32,000 bases of DNA from Acaryochloris thomasi RCC1774 (GTDB taxonomy: Bacteria; Cyanobacteriota; Cyanobacteriia; Thermosynechococcales; Thermosynechococcaceae). The stretch lies in contig NZ_PQWO01000012.1 in the NCBI RefSeq assembly GCF_003231495.1, positions 150,001 to 182,000 of the forward strand. The letters are read 5' to 3'. Below are positions 18,122 through 27,112 of the stretch, in pieces; position 1 is the stretch's first letter, and each line of letters begins with the position of its first letter. The notes beneath the pieces were generated by a model. The model saw only the letters and a program-made list of their open reading frames with translations. It was not told the DNA's origin and searched no databases. Made by a program: the position numbers and the translations under genes.

Positions 18122-19693
18122 ATGAAAGACCTGAAAGATAATAGCATTGTGGATCTTAAGAACGATCCAGAGACAATGCTGGAGAAAATGATTAACCGCA
18201 ACGTTAAATTCCAGGTTGTGGAGTATATTTCAGCCGCAGCGGCTGTCGGTGGCACGATCGCAACTGGTCTCGGTCAGAGTGCGGTGTTTGCAGCAGCTCC
18301 TCTCACCTTTTCGGTGTGTCTTAACCTGCTAAATCGGCGAAACCTCAATCAGCTTACGCGTCAGCGGATGTTTGCAGACACCACGGAGATTCAGAACCTC
18401 TTGACCAGCGATATTCAAGAGTTGAGGGCTGGTTTCCAAGAGCTGCCTGAGGTGCGCGAGGCGATTGATCTGACCGAGATGCAGGCCGCGCTTGCGGCGG
18501 TGTCTGAGAATGTCTCAGCCCTAGAAGAGAAAGCGCTCGCCCCAGTCAGTGAAACGGGCGAACCACAAACGGCCTTGGCTGCTGATATGGATCAGCTCCG
18601 AGCCCACCAGATTGAGTTAGCTGAAGCCATCGAATCGGTGAAGCAGCAGCTTGCCGATGCGCCTGAAGCAACGGTTGTCGGACCCGATATGAGTGGCGAA
18701 CTGGCGACACTACGGGATGCGATCGCAAACCTAGAGCAGCGCGACAACGGTGCAGAATCCGTACCCAACTTAGAACCACTACGGGCTGAGCTGCAGGCGA
18801 TGCTCACTCCCGTACAAACACAGGTTTCGGCTTTAAATGATCGTCTCCACAACCAGCCCGTCGAAGGGGATGCTGAAGGCAGCAGCTTTAACGCTGGATC
18901 TTCAGGCCAGGTGCTAGAGCTACAGGGGCACTTAGAAGGTCTCAATACCAAGGTAGACAACGCTTTTGTTAATCTTTCCGATGAGCTAGCTGCTGTTCGG
19001 GGCACCGTGGAAGGCACTCAAGGGCAGCTTGAAGGTGTCCAGCAGCGGATTACCGATGAAGTGGCTGGGGTACGCGGTGCCGTTGATAACACTCAAAATC
19101 AAGTTAACGACATTCAGGGACGTATAGAGGGCGTCGGTGGCACCGTCGATAACACCCAAAATCAAATCAATGATATTCAAGGACGCTTAGAAGGCGTCAG
19201 TGGTGCTGTCGATAATACCCAGAATCAAATCAACGAGATTCAGGGACGTCTAGAGGGCGTCGGTGGCGCTGTTGAAAACACCCAGAATCAAATCAATGAT
19301 ATTCAGGGACGCCTAGAGGGAGTACAGCAGGGCACAGGCGAACTGCCGACCGAGCAGATTGAAGCTCAAATGCAGACAGCCTTGAACCCGATTAAAGAGC
19401 ATCTTAATAACTTAGATGGCAAGATCGAAGCGATACCCTCTCTTGATCCGGCGGCGATTCAGGGCCAAGGAGAACAGCTGCAGGCGCTGCAGGGGCAGCT
19501 TCACAGCATGGGCACACGCATCGATAACGTCTCATCTCAGGTTTCCACTGAGATGGCTAATCTGCCGAACCTCGTGGATCAAAAAATCAAAGAAAGCTCA
19601 GACTCACGTCCGCCTTCACCTCCACCTGTCGAGGAGAAGAAGGCGAGCAAACTTTTTGAACTGGATGCGTTGCTGGCAGATCTGGAATCCTAG
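18122..19693 (+). CDS. Membrane-anchored acidic coiled-coil protein with 21-aa tandem repeats
   Basis: 523-aa ORF with a good SD. Hydrophobic segments lie at about aa 35-70 (YISAAAAVGGTIATGLGQSAVFAAAPLTFSVCLNLL). About 430 aa of Glu/Gln/Leu/Ala-rich, heptad-like sequence follow. No family recognised. Confidence 0.8.
   Translation: MKDLKDNSIVDLKNDPETMLEKMINRNVKFQVVEYISAAAAVGGTIATGLGQSAVFAAAPLTFSVCLNLLNRRNLNQLTRQRMFADTTEIQNLLTSDIQELRAGFQELPEVREAIDLTEMQAALAAVSENVSALEEKALAPVSETGEPQTALAADMDQLRAHQIELAEAIESVKQQLADAPEATVVGPDMSGELATLRDAIANLEQRDNGAESVPNLEPLRAELQAMLTPVQTQVSALNDRLHNQPVEGDAEGSSFNAGSSGQVLELQGHLEGLNTKVDNAFVNLSDELAAVRGTVEGTQGQLEGVQQRITDEVAGVRGAVDNTQNQVNDIQGRIEGVGGTVDNTQNQINDIQGRLEGVSGAVDNTQNQINEIQGRLEGVGGAVENTQNQINDIQGRLEGVQQGTGELPTEQIEAQMQTALNPIKEHLNNLDGKIEAIPSLDPAAIQGQGEQLQALQGQLHSMGTRIDNVSSQVSTEMANLPNLVDQKIKESSDSRPPSPPPVEEKKASKLFELDALLADLES
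19082..19333 (+). repeat. Four in-frame tandem 63-nt (21-aa) repeats inside the coiled-coil gene
   Basis: The four copies are VDNTQNQVNDIQGRIEGVGGT, VDNTQNQINDIQGRLEGVSGA, VDNTQNQINEIQGRLEGVGGA and VENTQNQINDIQGRLEGVQQG. They start at 19082, 19145, 19208 and 19271. Degenerate related units lie upstream (VEGTQGQLEGVQQRITDEVAGVRGA). Confidence 0.9.
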
Positions 19694-19792
19694 CCTCATC
19701 AAGGTAAAGATGCCGTTATGAAACTTGAGTTCTGAATCTATTCGGAACCCAACATTGCTTACGACCGACTTTAGTTGCTCAGCCTGGGGCGT

Positions 19793-21148
19793 TTAATTGT
19801 GGACGACGGCATCTAGGGTAGGAACAAAGTCGGGGTAGGAGATGGCGGCTGATTCTGCGTGGTGAATCGTGGTAGTGCCGGTGGCGTTGAGAGATGCGAT
19901 CGCAAAGCTCATAGCAATACGATGATCACCCCAGCTCTCGACTTCAGTGCCCTGCAGCGGTGTCCCCCCTGTAATATCTAAGCCATCAGGATGCTCACTC
20001 ACCTGAGCCCCAAACTTCTGAAGCTGTGTTGCCATTGCCGTGAGGCGATCGCTTTCCTTCACCCGCAGTTCAGCCGCATCTCGAATTACGGTGGTCCCCT
20101 CTGCAAACGCAGCCGCCACCGCCAGCACCGGTATTTCATCAATTAATCGAGGGATAATCGCCCCCTCAATACGACAAGCCTTCAACTTACTGTGGCGAAC
20201 ACGGATATCAGCCACGGGTTCACCCGCTACAGTCCGCTGGTTCTCCAGGGTAATATCAGCCTCCATCTGCTGCAGCGCCTCTAGCACCCCAGTTCGGGTA
20301 GGATTAATGCCAACATTCTCAATCATCAGGTCTGAATCTGGCACGATGGCGGCCGCCACCATCCAAAAAGCAGCAGAGCTGATATCTCCTGGGACCGTCA
20401 CGGGCTGCCCTTTGAGCTGCGCCGGTCCTTTCACCACTACCCGACAGGCTTCAACATCTACTTCCACATCAGCCCCAAAAGCCCGAAACATCCGCTCAGA
20501 ATGATCGCGGGACTGGTGTGGCTCAGTTACGATCGTTTCTCCCTCGCACATGAGACCTGCCAGCATCACGCAGGACTTCACCTGCGCCGAGGCAATGGGC
20601 GATTGATAGTGAATCGGCTGCAGCTTTTGACCCTGGATGGCTAGCGGTGCAAACTTGCCCCCCTGCCGTCCCCAAATTTTGGCTCCCATTTGCTCTAGAG
20701 GCTTGACCACTCTGCCCATGGGACGAGATCGCAACGAATCATCCCCCGTCACTACAAAAAACCGGTCCGTATGGGAGGCCAAAATCCCCAGCATTAGCCT
20801 GAGTGTGGTCCCGGAATTTCCGGCATCTAGCACAGACTCCGGCTCTTGAAGCTGTCCCAAACCAATTCCCTGGACCGTCACTCGCTCTGTATTCAGTTCC
20901 GAAATCTGAGCGCCCATCGCCCGAAAGCAAGCCGCCGTACTGCGAGGGTCTTCGCCCAGCAGCAGTCCCCTAATTTCAGTTTCTCCCGTAGCCAACGCAC
21001 CGAGCATCAAAGCGCGGTGAGAAATGGATTTATCTCCAGGGACCCTCACCGTTCCACGAAGACAGATGGGCGTCGCAGAGTGAATTGTCCAGGTTGTTGC
21101 CGTTGCGTCAGCTGCCGGATGGTGCAGTTTGAGAACAGAATCGCTCAT
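19793..21148 (-). CDS. aroA: 3-phosphoshikimate 1-carboxyvinyltransferase (EPSP synthase)
   Basis: [44 protein letters not shown] and [11 protein letters not shown]. The tracked ORF starts at 21277. I prefer ATG at 21148 (MSDSVLKL...), which gives a normal 451-aa length and leaves a promoter region shared with the divergent gene at 21296. Confidence 0.95.
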   Translation of the reverse strand: MSDSVLKLHHPAADATATTWTIHSATPICLRGTVRVPGDKSISHRALMLGALATGETEIRGLLLGEDPRSTAACFRAMGAQISELNTERVTVQGIGLGQLQEPESVLDAGNSGTTLRLMLGILASHTDRFFVVTGDDSLRSRPMGRVVKPLEQMGAKIWGRQGGKFAPLAIQGQKLQPIHYQSPIASAQVKSCVMLAGLMCEGETIVTEPHQSRDHSERMFRAFGADVEVDVEACRVVVKGPAQLKGQPVTVPGDISSAAFWMVAAAIVPDSDLMIENVGINPTRTGVLEALQQMEADITLENQRTVAGEPVADIRVRHSKLKACRIEGAIIPRLIDEIPVLAVAAAFAEGTTVIRDAAELRVKESDRLTAMATQLQKFGAQVSEHPDGLDITGGTPLQGTEVESWGDHRIAMSFAIASLNATGTTTIHHAESAAISYPDFVPTLDAVVHN

Positions 21149-21295
21149 GACTTTCGGACAGAATAGGGCACTTGCCATCCTACTCGGCTCGGCCATCGGC
21201 AAGCAAGTCTCGGCGAAAGTGCAAGGTATAGTAATGAAGCCTGCAGGCCAGATAAAATTACGTCTACACCGCCCCATTCCCCCGACAGAACACGA

Positions 21296-22621
21296 ATGAA
21301 AAAAGTCTTTGTCCTAGATACCAATGTGCTGTTGCACGACCCCGCCGCAATGCATCAGTTTGAGGACAACGACGTGGTGCTGCCGATGACGATTATCGAA
21401 GAGCTTGATCGCTTCAAAAAACAGCCAGAAGAAACCGGACGCAATGCTCGTCAGGTGTCGCGCGAGCTAGACGGTCTGCGCCAGCAGGGAAATCTATTTG
21501 AGGGCATCGTCCTCGAAGGCGGCGGCAATCTTAGGGTGGCACTCTGCAACCGAGAAACCTTACAGGAACTGCCTCCAGAGCTAGAGCGCGACAGAGGGGA
21601 TAACTCTATTTTGGCAGTGGCGCTAGAGCTGCAGCGCCAGTGTAATTGTCCGTTAGTCTTGGTAAGTAAGGATACGAATCTGCGTCTGAAGGCGGATGCC
21701 CTCAGTGTGGCTGCCGAAGATTACGAAACGGACAAGGTAAATGTTGGCGATCTCTACACCGGCATCTCTGAAGTGATCGTGGATGCCGAGTCCATCAACA
21801 ATTTGTTTAAGCAGGGTGGCGTGGATTTAGACGGTCCCTTCTTACCCAACCAGAGCCTAACGCTGGTGGACTCCGTCAATCCAGCTCACACAGCCTTGGC
21901 CGTGGTCGACGGCCATAGCGGTCAGGTGCAGCCCCTCGCTAAAATTCCCCACGCCGGCATCTCACAAGTGATTCCACGCAACCGAGAGCAGCGCTTTGCG
22001 ATTGAGCTACTGCTGCGCGATTCGATTTCTTTGCTCACGCTGGTAGGCAAGGCAGGCACCGGGAAGACCTTACTTGCGATCGCAGCCGGTCTGCAGCAGG
22101 TGGCCGATGAACAGCGCTACAGTCGCCTATTAATTGCTCGCCCCAATATTCCCATGGGGCGTGACTTAGGCTATCTGCCCGGAGATATTAAAGAGAAGCT
22201 AACCCCGTGGATGCAGCCCCTCTATGACAACTTTGATTTGATCTTTGGCACCCAAGACACCACTGGCCAACCCAGCCACTGGCGGCGTGGCCACGAAGAA
22301 CTCATGGAGCAGGGTTTACTGCAAATTGAACCGCTGACCTACATTCGTGGCCGCACGATTCCCAAACAGTTCCTAATCGTAGATGAAGCTCAAAATCTAA
22401 CCCCCCATGAAGTCAAAACAATTCTGACCCGTGCGGGCGAGGGAACAAAGGTTGTGCTGACCGGCGACCCTGAACAGATTGACAACCCCTATGTCGATGC
22501 AGCCAGCAATGGTCTCACCTACGTCGTCGAAAGATTTAAAAAGGAGCCACTCGCGGGGCATGTGACGCTGCATCATGGCGAGCGCTCAATGTTAGCAGAA
22601 CGAGCCGCCGCGCTCCTGTAG
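21296..22621 (+). CDS. PIN-domain PhoH-family ATPase (YlaK-like)
   Basis: N-terminal PIN signature [14 protein letters not shown]...[12 protein letters not shown], Walker [12 protein letters not shown], Walker [12 protein letters not shown] and GDPEQID. Confidence 0.9.
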   Translation: MKKVFVLDTNVLLHDPAAMHQFEDNDVVLPMTIIEELDRFKKQPEETGRNARQVSRELDGLRQQGNLFEGIVLEGGGNLRVALCNRETLQELPPELERDRGDNSILAVALELQRQCNCPLVLVSKDTNLRLKADALSVAAEDYETDKVNVGDLYTGISEVIVDAESINNLFKQGGVDLDGPFLPNQSLTLVDSVNPAHTALAVVDGHSGQVQPLAKIPHAGISQVIPRNREQRFAIELLLRDSISLLTLVGKAGTGKTLLAIAAGLQQVADEQRYSRLLIARPNIPMGRDLGYLPGDIKEKLTPWMQPLYDNFDLIFGTQDTTGQPSHWRRGHEELMEQGLLQIEPLTYIRGRTIPKQFLIVDEAQNLTPHEVKTILTRAGEGTKVVLTGDPEQIDNPYVDAASNGLTYVVERFKKEPLAGHVTLHHGERSMLAERAAALL

Positions 22622-22626
22622 CGTGA

Positions 22627-22848
22627 TTACGAATAACCTAAAAGCTCAGAAGAAATAAGTTCTTGGAGGTTTTCGTCATCAAACGCTTGGAGAGACATCG
22701 CCAGACCGATGTGTACCAAGTTGAGGCGCTGTTTCACAGCAGGATCAAGATCTTCAGCAGCTTCTTCAGCACACTCGAGAATAGTTTGGGCCATTTGCAG
22801 ATTATCTTGGGTAACGGCTAGGGCTTCTGCTAATAGGGACTCAAGCAT
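22627..22848 (-). CDS. Small acidic helical protein, hypothetical
   Basis: 73-aa ORF whose composition looks coding. Convergent with the PhoH-like gene, 5 nt between the stop codons. No family recognised. Confidence 0.45.
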   Translation of the reverse strand: MLESLLAEALAVTQDNLQMAQTILECAEEAAEDLDPAVKQRLNLVHIGLAMSLQAFDDENLQELISSELLGYS

Positions 22849-23180
22849 GTCGATAGGCTCTCTTGTGAATGTTGTTAGACGGTCTTGGTGACCATATTTC
22901 TATGTTCGGGCGAATCACTAAAAAAAAATACCGGACGATTACTGAATTTTTGAGCGCATTTAACCGACAGCAGCTAGATAAGCCTGTAATTATGCTGAGA
23001 TGCTGATAGAAAAACCTTAAGGAAATACAAAGATAGCGCCACACAGCAATCTTACAAAAGCAATAAAGAGGCATTCATATCTGTAAAGTTGCGTAGAGAA
23101 ACTCTATGTTTTAGTGACTGTCAATTGCTAACAAAATGCTCTCAAAAGCTATGTCGCGTCAGACAAGGAAAACCTTAGGT

Positions 23181-23468
23181 TCAGGCAATATCATCTGAAC
23201 GGCGTTTCCATGCACCAAAGCGTTCGGCATAGAAGTCTAGTATTTTTTCCAGCTGCTCCTGATCGATCTTTGCAAGACTTTCAGGATGACGAATTCGCAG
23301 CCAACCTACCTGACTTTGCATATAATCAAATTCTTGGGCATCCTGCGGCAGCAGCTCGGTCTCAACGCTTTCAACCTGACCTAGATGAGCCGCAATTTCA
23401 CTGTAAACGGCCAGCGGTAGTTCAGAATATTGAATATCGTATTGTTGCAACGTCACGGATAAGCTCAA
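23181..23468 (-). CDS. Hypothetical acidic protein (95 aa), apparently co-transcribed with the LuxR-type gene
   Basis: The ORF starts 9 nt after the upstream stop, on the same strand. No family recognised. Confidence 0.55.
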   Translation of the reverse strand: MSLSVTLQQYDIQYSELPLAVYSEIAAHLGQVESVETELLPQDAQEFDYMQSQVGWLRIRHPESLAKIDQEQLEKILDFYAERFGAWKRRSDDIA

Positions 23469-23477
23469 TAACTAAGA

Positions 23478-23771
23478 CTAGGACTCAACTCGCGAAGACT
23501 CAGAAGCCTCCATTGAACCATTCGGCAGCAAGCAGCAGTTTACATTATCGAGGCAAACCTTTCCCCACTCTAAGGCCCAGCGAACAAGGGCCACTCTATT
23601 CTCAGTCCCTGTCTTGGTGAGAATATTGCTGATGTGATTGTCTACGGTGCGCTTACTGATCTCTAAGCGCTGCGAAATCTCCTCATTTTTGAGCCCAGAG
23701 GACACTAACTCGATCACCTGCACCTCACGCTCAGATAGGGCATGACCTGTCTGTAGTTCTCCCGCGCTCAT
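23478..23771 (-). CDS. Small LuxR/GerE-type HTH transcriptional regulator (DNA-binding domain only, PedR-like architecture)
   Basis: LSEREVQVIELVSSGLKNEEISQRLEISKRTVDNHISNILTKTGTENRVALVRWA is a canonical GerE/LuxR C-terminal HTH. There is no receiver or ligand domain. The C-terminal tail carries Cys residues (KVCLDNVNCCLL). Confidence 0.85.
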   Translation of the reverse strand: MSAGELQTGHALSEREVQVIELVSSGLKNEEISQRLEISKRTVDNHISNILTKTGTENRVALVRWALEWGKVCLDNVNCCLLPNGSMEASESSRVES

Positions 23772-23913
23772 ATGTTTACTCTAACCGTGTAGATCTACCT
23801 ACTAATTCTAGACCAATTGTCAAAGTTGGGTCGTGTCTTAAGGTCGTCATAAGATCCTCAGCCTGGGACTTGCCGTCTTAGTTGACGCCTAACTCGACTG
23901 ACTCCTTTGCGTT

Positions 23914-25521
23914 TCAAGAAACTTGGCCAGACGTAACGGGTGCGATCGCATCTAAGACCAAATCAGGGTGGTCACCATTCACCTGATGCAGATTCCAGCT
24001 GTTCTTAAACAGCAGCACTGGCCGGTCCCAGCTATCTTTGACCGTAATTGCATTGAAGATACGTCCCACCTTCTCTAACGCGGGCCATCCATCCTTCACC
24101 CAGCGGGCCACCGTATAGGGCAGCAGCTCTAGGCGAGTTTCAACCCCGTATTCATTTTGCAGCCGGAACTGGACAACTTCGATCTGAAGCTGACCCACCG
24201 CCGCCAGAATCGGATCGCGCTTAGACTCATCAGCAGAGTACATAATCTGCACCGCCCCTTCTTCTCTCAGCTCGGAGATTCCCTTCTGGAACTGCTTGAA
24301 CTTAGAGGGATTTGGGTTCTTGAGATAGGCAAATAGTTCCGGTGAGAAGCAGGGAATACCGTCGTACTCAAGTTTTTTACCTTGAAAGATAGTGTCGCCG
24401 ATAGCAAACATGCCTGGATTGTTGAGGCCAATCACGTCCCCAGGATAGGCTTCGTCAATTGAAGCTCGACCTTGGGCAAATAGTTTTTGAGGGCGGGAAA
24501 GACGAATCGTTTTGCCGGTGCGAGCATGGCTGACGGTCATGTCTTTTTCAAACTTACCGGAGCAAACGCGAATGAAAGCGACGCGATCACGATGCTTCGG
24601 GTCCATGTTGGCCTGCAGCTTGAACACGAACCCTGAAAAGTCTTCATAGGTGGGTTCAATATCACCCAACGTACTGTGATAAGCACAGGGCTTCAAAGCG
24701 TAGTCCATGAAGGCTTCTAGGAATAGCTCCACGCCAAAGTTAGTCATGGCACTACCGAAGAAGATCGGCGTCATCAAACCCGCATGAACCATTTCCATAT
24801 CTAGCTCAGGACCGAGTTCCTCGATCACCTCTAGCTCGTCTTTGAACTGGAAGTAGAGATCTTGATCTAGTAAATCTTCAATCTTCGGATCACCGATATC
24901 GACAATGGTTGTTTTCGCTTCCCGCCGACCGTGACCGCTGCGCTCAAACAGATGAATTTTGCGACTGCGGCGATCAAAAACACCCTTAAAGCGATCGCCC
25001 ATCCCAATCGGCCAGTTCACGGCGTAGGTCTGCAGCTCTAATTCTTGCTCAATCTCGTCCAGTAGCTCCAGCGGCTCTCGGCCGGGTCGGTCGAGCTTGT
25101 TGATGAAGGTAAAGATGGGAAGCGATCGCAACTTACACACTTCAAATAGCTTGCGCGTTTGTGGTTCCAAACCCTTGGCCGCATCTACTAGCATCACAGC
25201 ATTGTCCGCCGCCGCTAAGGTTCGGTAGGTATCTTCGCTGAAGTCTTGGTGCCCCGGCGTATCCAACAGATTAATCTGGCAATCCTGATAGGCAAACTGC
25301 AGCACCGTCGAAGTAATGGAGATGCCGCGCTGCTGCTCCATTTCCATCCAGTCAGAGGTCGCATGACGCTGCGCTCGCCGAGCCTTCACGGCTCCAGCTT
25401 CATGAATCGCGCCTCCATAAAGCAAGAGCTTTTCCGTTAGCGTTGTCTTACCCGCGTCCGGGTGCGAAATAATCGCAAAGTTACGGCGACTTTCTACGGC
25501 TGTAGCGAGTTCAGAGGACAT
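23914..25521 (-). CDS. prfC: Peptide chain release factor 3
   Basis: [32 protein letters not shown]......ATSDWME.E.QRGISI.S..LQF and [14 protein letters not shown]. The tracked ORF begins at TTG 25650. I prefer ATG at 25521 ([15 protein letters not shown]...), giving 535 aa. Confidence 0.95.
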   Translation of the reverse strand: MSSELATAVESRRNFAIISHPDAGKTTLTEKLLLYGGAIHEAGAVKARRAQRHATSDWMEMEQQRGISITSTVLQFAYQDCQINLLDTPGHQDFSEDTYRTLAAADNAVMLVDAAKGLEPQTRKLFEVCKLRSLPIFTFINKLDRPGREPLELLDEIEQELELQTYAVNWPIGMGDRFKGVFDRRSRKIHLFERSGHGRREAKTTIVDIGDPKIEDLLDQDLYFQFKDELEVIEELGPELDMEMVHAGLMTPIFFGSAMTNFGVELFLEAFMDYALKPCAYHSTLGDIEPTYEDFSGFVFKLQANMDPKHRDRVAFIRVCSGKFEKDMTVSHARTGKTIRLSRPQKLFAQGRASIDEAYPGDVIGLNNPGMFAIGDTIFQGKKLEYDGIPCFSPELFAYLKNPNPSKFKQFQKGISELREEGAVQIMYSADESKRDPILAAVGQLQIEVVQFRLQNEYGVETRLELLPYTVARWVKDGWPALEKVGRIFNAITVKDSWDRPVLLFKNSWNLHQVNGDHPDLVLDAIAPVTSGQVS

Positions 25522-25928
25522 GCACAAAAAGGAAGGATCAGTGACTTCATTATAGAGTGGGCCTTTGACTTTCAGGGAGCCTAAGGCAAATCCCCACGAT
25601 TTCACCTTTCGAGCATCTCGCTCATCCTCTGCTAACCCAATATCTGACAATTACAAGATAAGAACACGAACATCATCGGCCGTATATACGACAAGCTTAT
25701 TTTGATTAAGGAAAAATTAATTTTCCCGAAATAAAAAACTTCAAAACCTTAGGTCGTTACGACTGTTATAAAAGTTATTTGTTTTGCCAGATATAAATAT
25801 TGCGCTCTCCAAGATTTAAAGACAGAATGAGGATGCGAGATGCTCTATTTTTAATGAATAATAAGAAAGCATTCGGACATGCGGTGGGGCAACGTTCAGA
25901 TCAAGTTTTAGAACAGGGGAACCCAATA

Positions 25929-26570
25929 ATGAGAATAATCAGCCCAGGGCTATTATTGGCTCTAGCAAGCGTGCTGGCCGTGGCCACATCCGTCTCTGCA
26001 GAAGACAATAAGGCCGCTTCATTAGCCCCCAATGGTTCCATTCAGCCTGCAGGGGGGCAGCTTGGTGGCGCTCCCCTTCCTCCGCCGATTAATCATCGTG
26101 CATTTCAAAAGCCAGAACTTTTAGACAACTATGGGTTGATCAAGGGCATTCAAAATGACAAGGTCTCTGTTCGGCTTTTAAATGGAGATATCAAGACGTA
26201 TCTTCTCGCTTCAAACACTGTAGGCGCTAAGCTAAGGCGCGGCGGTCTCGTTGGATTTAGGACAAACATCAAGGGAGAAATTACCAGGCTTTCACCCCCT
26301 CAAGTTCGCAAGGTTTATACCGGCACTTTAATCATTGTCGACGGTCAGAAGATCGGCATGGTGACGCCTCAGGGTGACCGCTTCATCACCACATTAGCCA
26401 AGAATAAGATTGCTCGGATGGGTTTAGCTCCCGGTCAACCCATTAAAATCACCCAATATCGAGGAACGTGGGCCACGAAGGTGTGTCAGCCAGGAGCACT
26501 CAATGATGATGATTCTTTCCCGATCCTGGCGGAGCAAGGGCGTGGCACTATTATTCCTCAAGAACAGTAG
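25929..26570 (+). CDS. Secreted protein, short paralog of an unrecognised C-terminal domain family
   Basis: The tracked ORF starts at 25800. ATG at 25929 gives a clean signal peptide (MRIISPGLLLALASVLAVATSVSA). A Pro/Gly linker follows, then a ~130-aa domain (26118-~26510) that I align by hand at about 70% identity to the C-terminus of the 27113 gene. Confidence 0.75.
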   Translation: MRIISPGLLLALASVLAVATSVSAEDNKAASLAPNGSIQPAGGQLGGAPLPPPINHRAFQKPELLDNYGLIKGIQNDKVSVRLLNGDIKTYLLASNTVGAKLRRGGLVGFRTNIKGEITRLSPPQVRKVYTGTLIIVDGQKIGMVTPQGDRFITTLAKNKIARMGLAPGQPIKITQYRGTWATKVCQPGALNDDDSFPILAEQGRGTIIPQEQ

Positions 26571-26661
26571 TCATTGATTAGAGTTCTGGCTTGATTCAGC
26601 GTTAATGATTTTTGAGACTTCCGCTATGCAAGCATGGTGGAAATCTCAGTTTTAGAGGTTG

Positions 26662-26689
26662 TTATGGAGTTGCGATCGCAATTCCATAA
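26662..26689. repeat. 28-nt near-perfect palindrome centred on a HIP1 site
   Basis: ttatggaGttgcgatcgcaaTtccataa. All positions pair except one G-T wobble. It lies in the 542-bp gap between the two paralogous genes. Confidence 0.6.
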
Positions 26690-27112
26690 ACAACACTCTG
26701 CACCAAGCAATATCGCCCATCACCTATATCATTCTCAAAATCGAAAATGAGAAATCATTCACCTATACAAAGCAGCTTGTTTTTAACAGCCCTAAATTAC
26801 CCCTTAGAAAGGCTCATAAAGGGCTGTTTCCGATCTTAGATTGCAGTCAATACAACATCCGTCTTCTAGAGCCGTCTTCGCAGTGAGCCTGTAAGTCATT
26901 TTCTTCTTTAAATCAGAGAGGGAAGCGGACTCTCGGATGCATGGTATGCAGGCAGAAATTAAATATCGGCAACATATACTACACTCAAAGAAAAATATAG
27001 TAGAATAGACCAGCGGCCTAAGACCAAGTCAATCAGCATCTAGAGCTTAGTCAGCGCCTTTAAAATATGCCGGGGGGCAGTTAAGAAAAAGCCTTAGATT
27101 CAGGTATCCCCC

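Noticed and set aside
19082-19333. Regular 63-nt repeats considered as a CRISPR-like array
   Set aside because: The repeats are contiguous with no spacers, lie in frame within a long ORF, and encode a conserved peptide. There are no cas genes in the window.
21149-21277. 43-codon N-terminal extension of aroA in the tracked ORF
   Set aside because: The extension ([13 protein letters not shown]...) is absent from EPSP synthases and would leave only 18 bp to the divergent gene at 21296. The ATG at 21148 gives the normal length.
22841-23074. 77-aa minus-strand ORF in the gap upstream of the 73-aa gene
   Set aside because: Its sequence is low-complexity and rich in Cys/Phe/Ile, it lies in an AT-rich intergenic stretch, and it overlaps the start of the neighbouring ORF. 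It is probably spurious.
25522-25650. 43-codon TTG-initiated extension of prfC
   Set aside because: RF3 proteins begin shortly before the G1 motif ([12 protein letters not shown]). The ATG at 25521 fits, whereas the extension has no counterpart that I know of.
25800-25928. Upstream extension of the 25929 secreted-protein gene
   Set aside because: The extension is basic and AT-rich and would bury the obvious signal peptide that starts at the ATG at 25929.
26659-26886. 75-aa TTG-initiated ORF between the two paralogs
   Set aside because: It starts inside the HIP1 palindrome and has no SD. Its composition is AT-rich with many Ile/Asn/Lys codons, like non-coding DNA, and I saw no recognisable motif.
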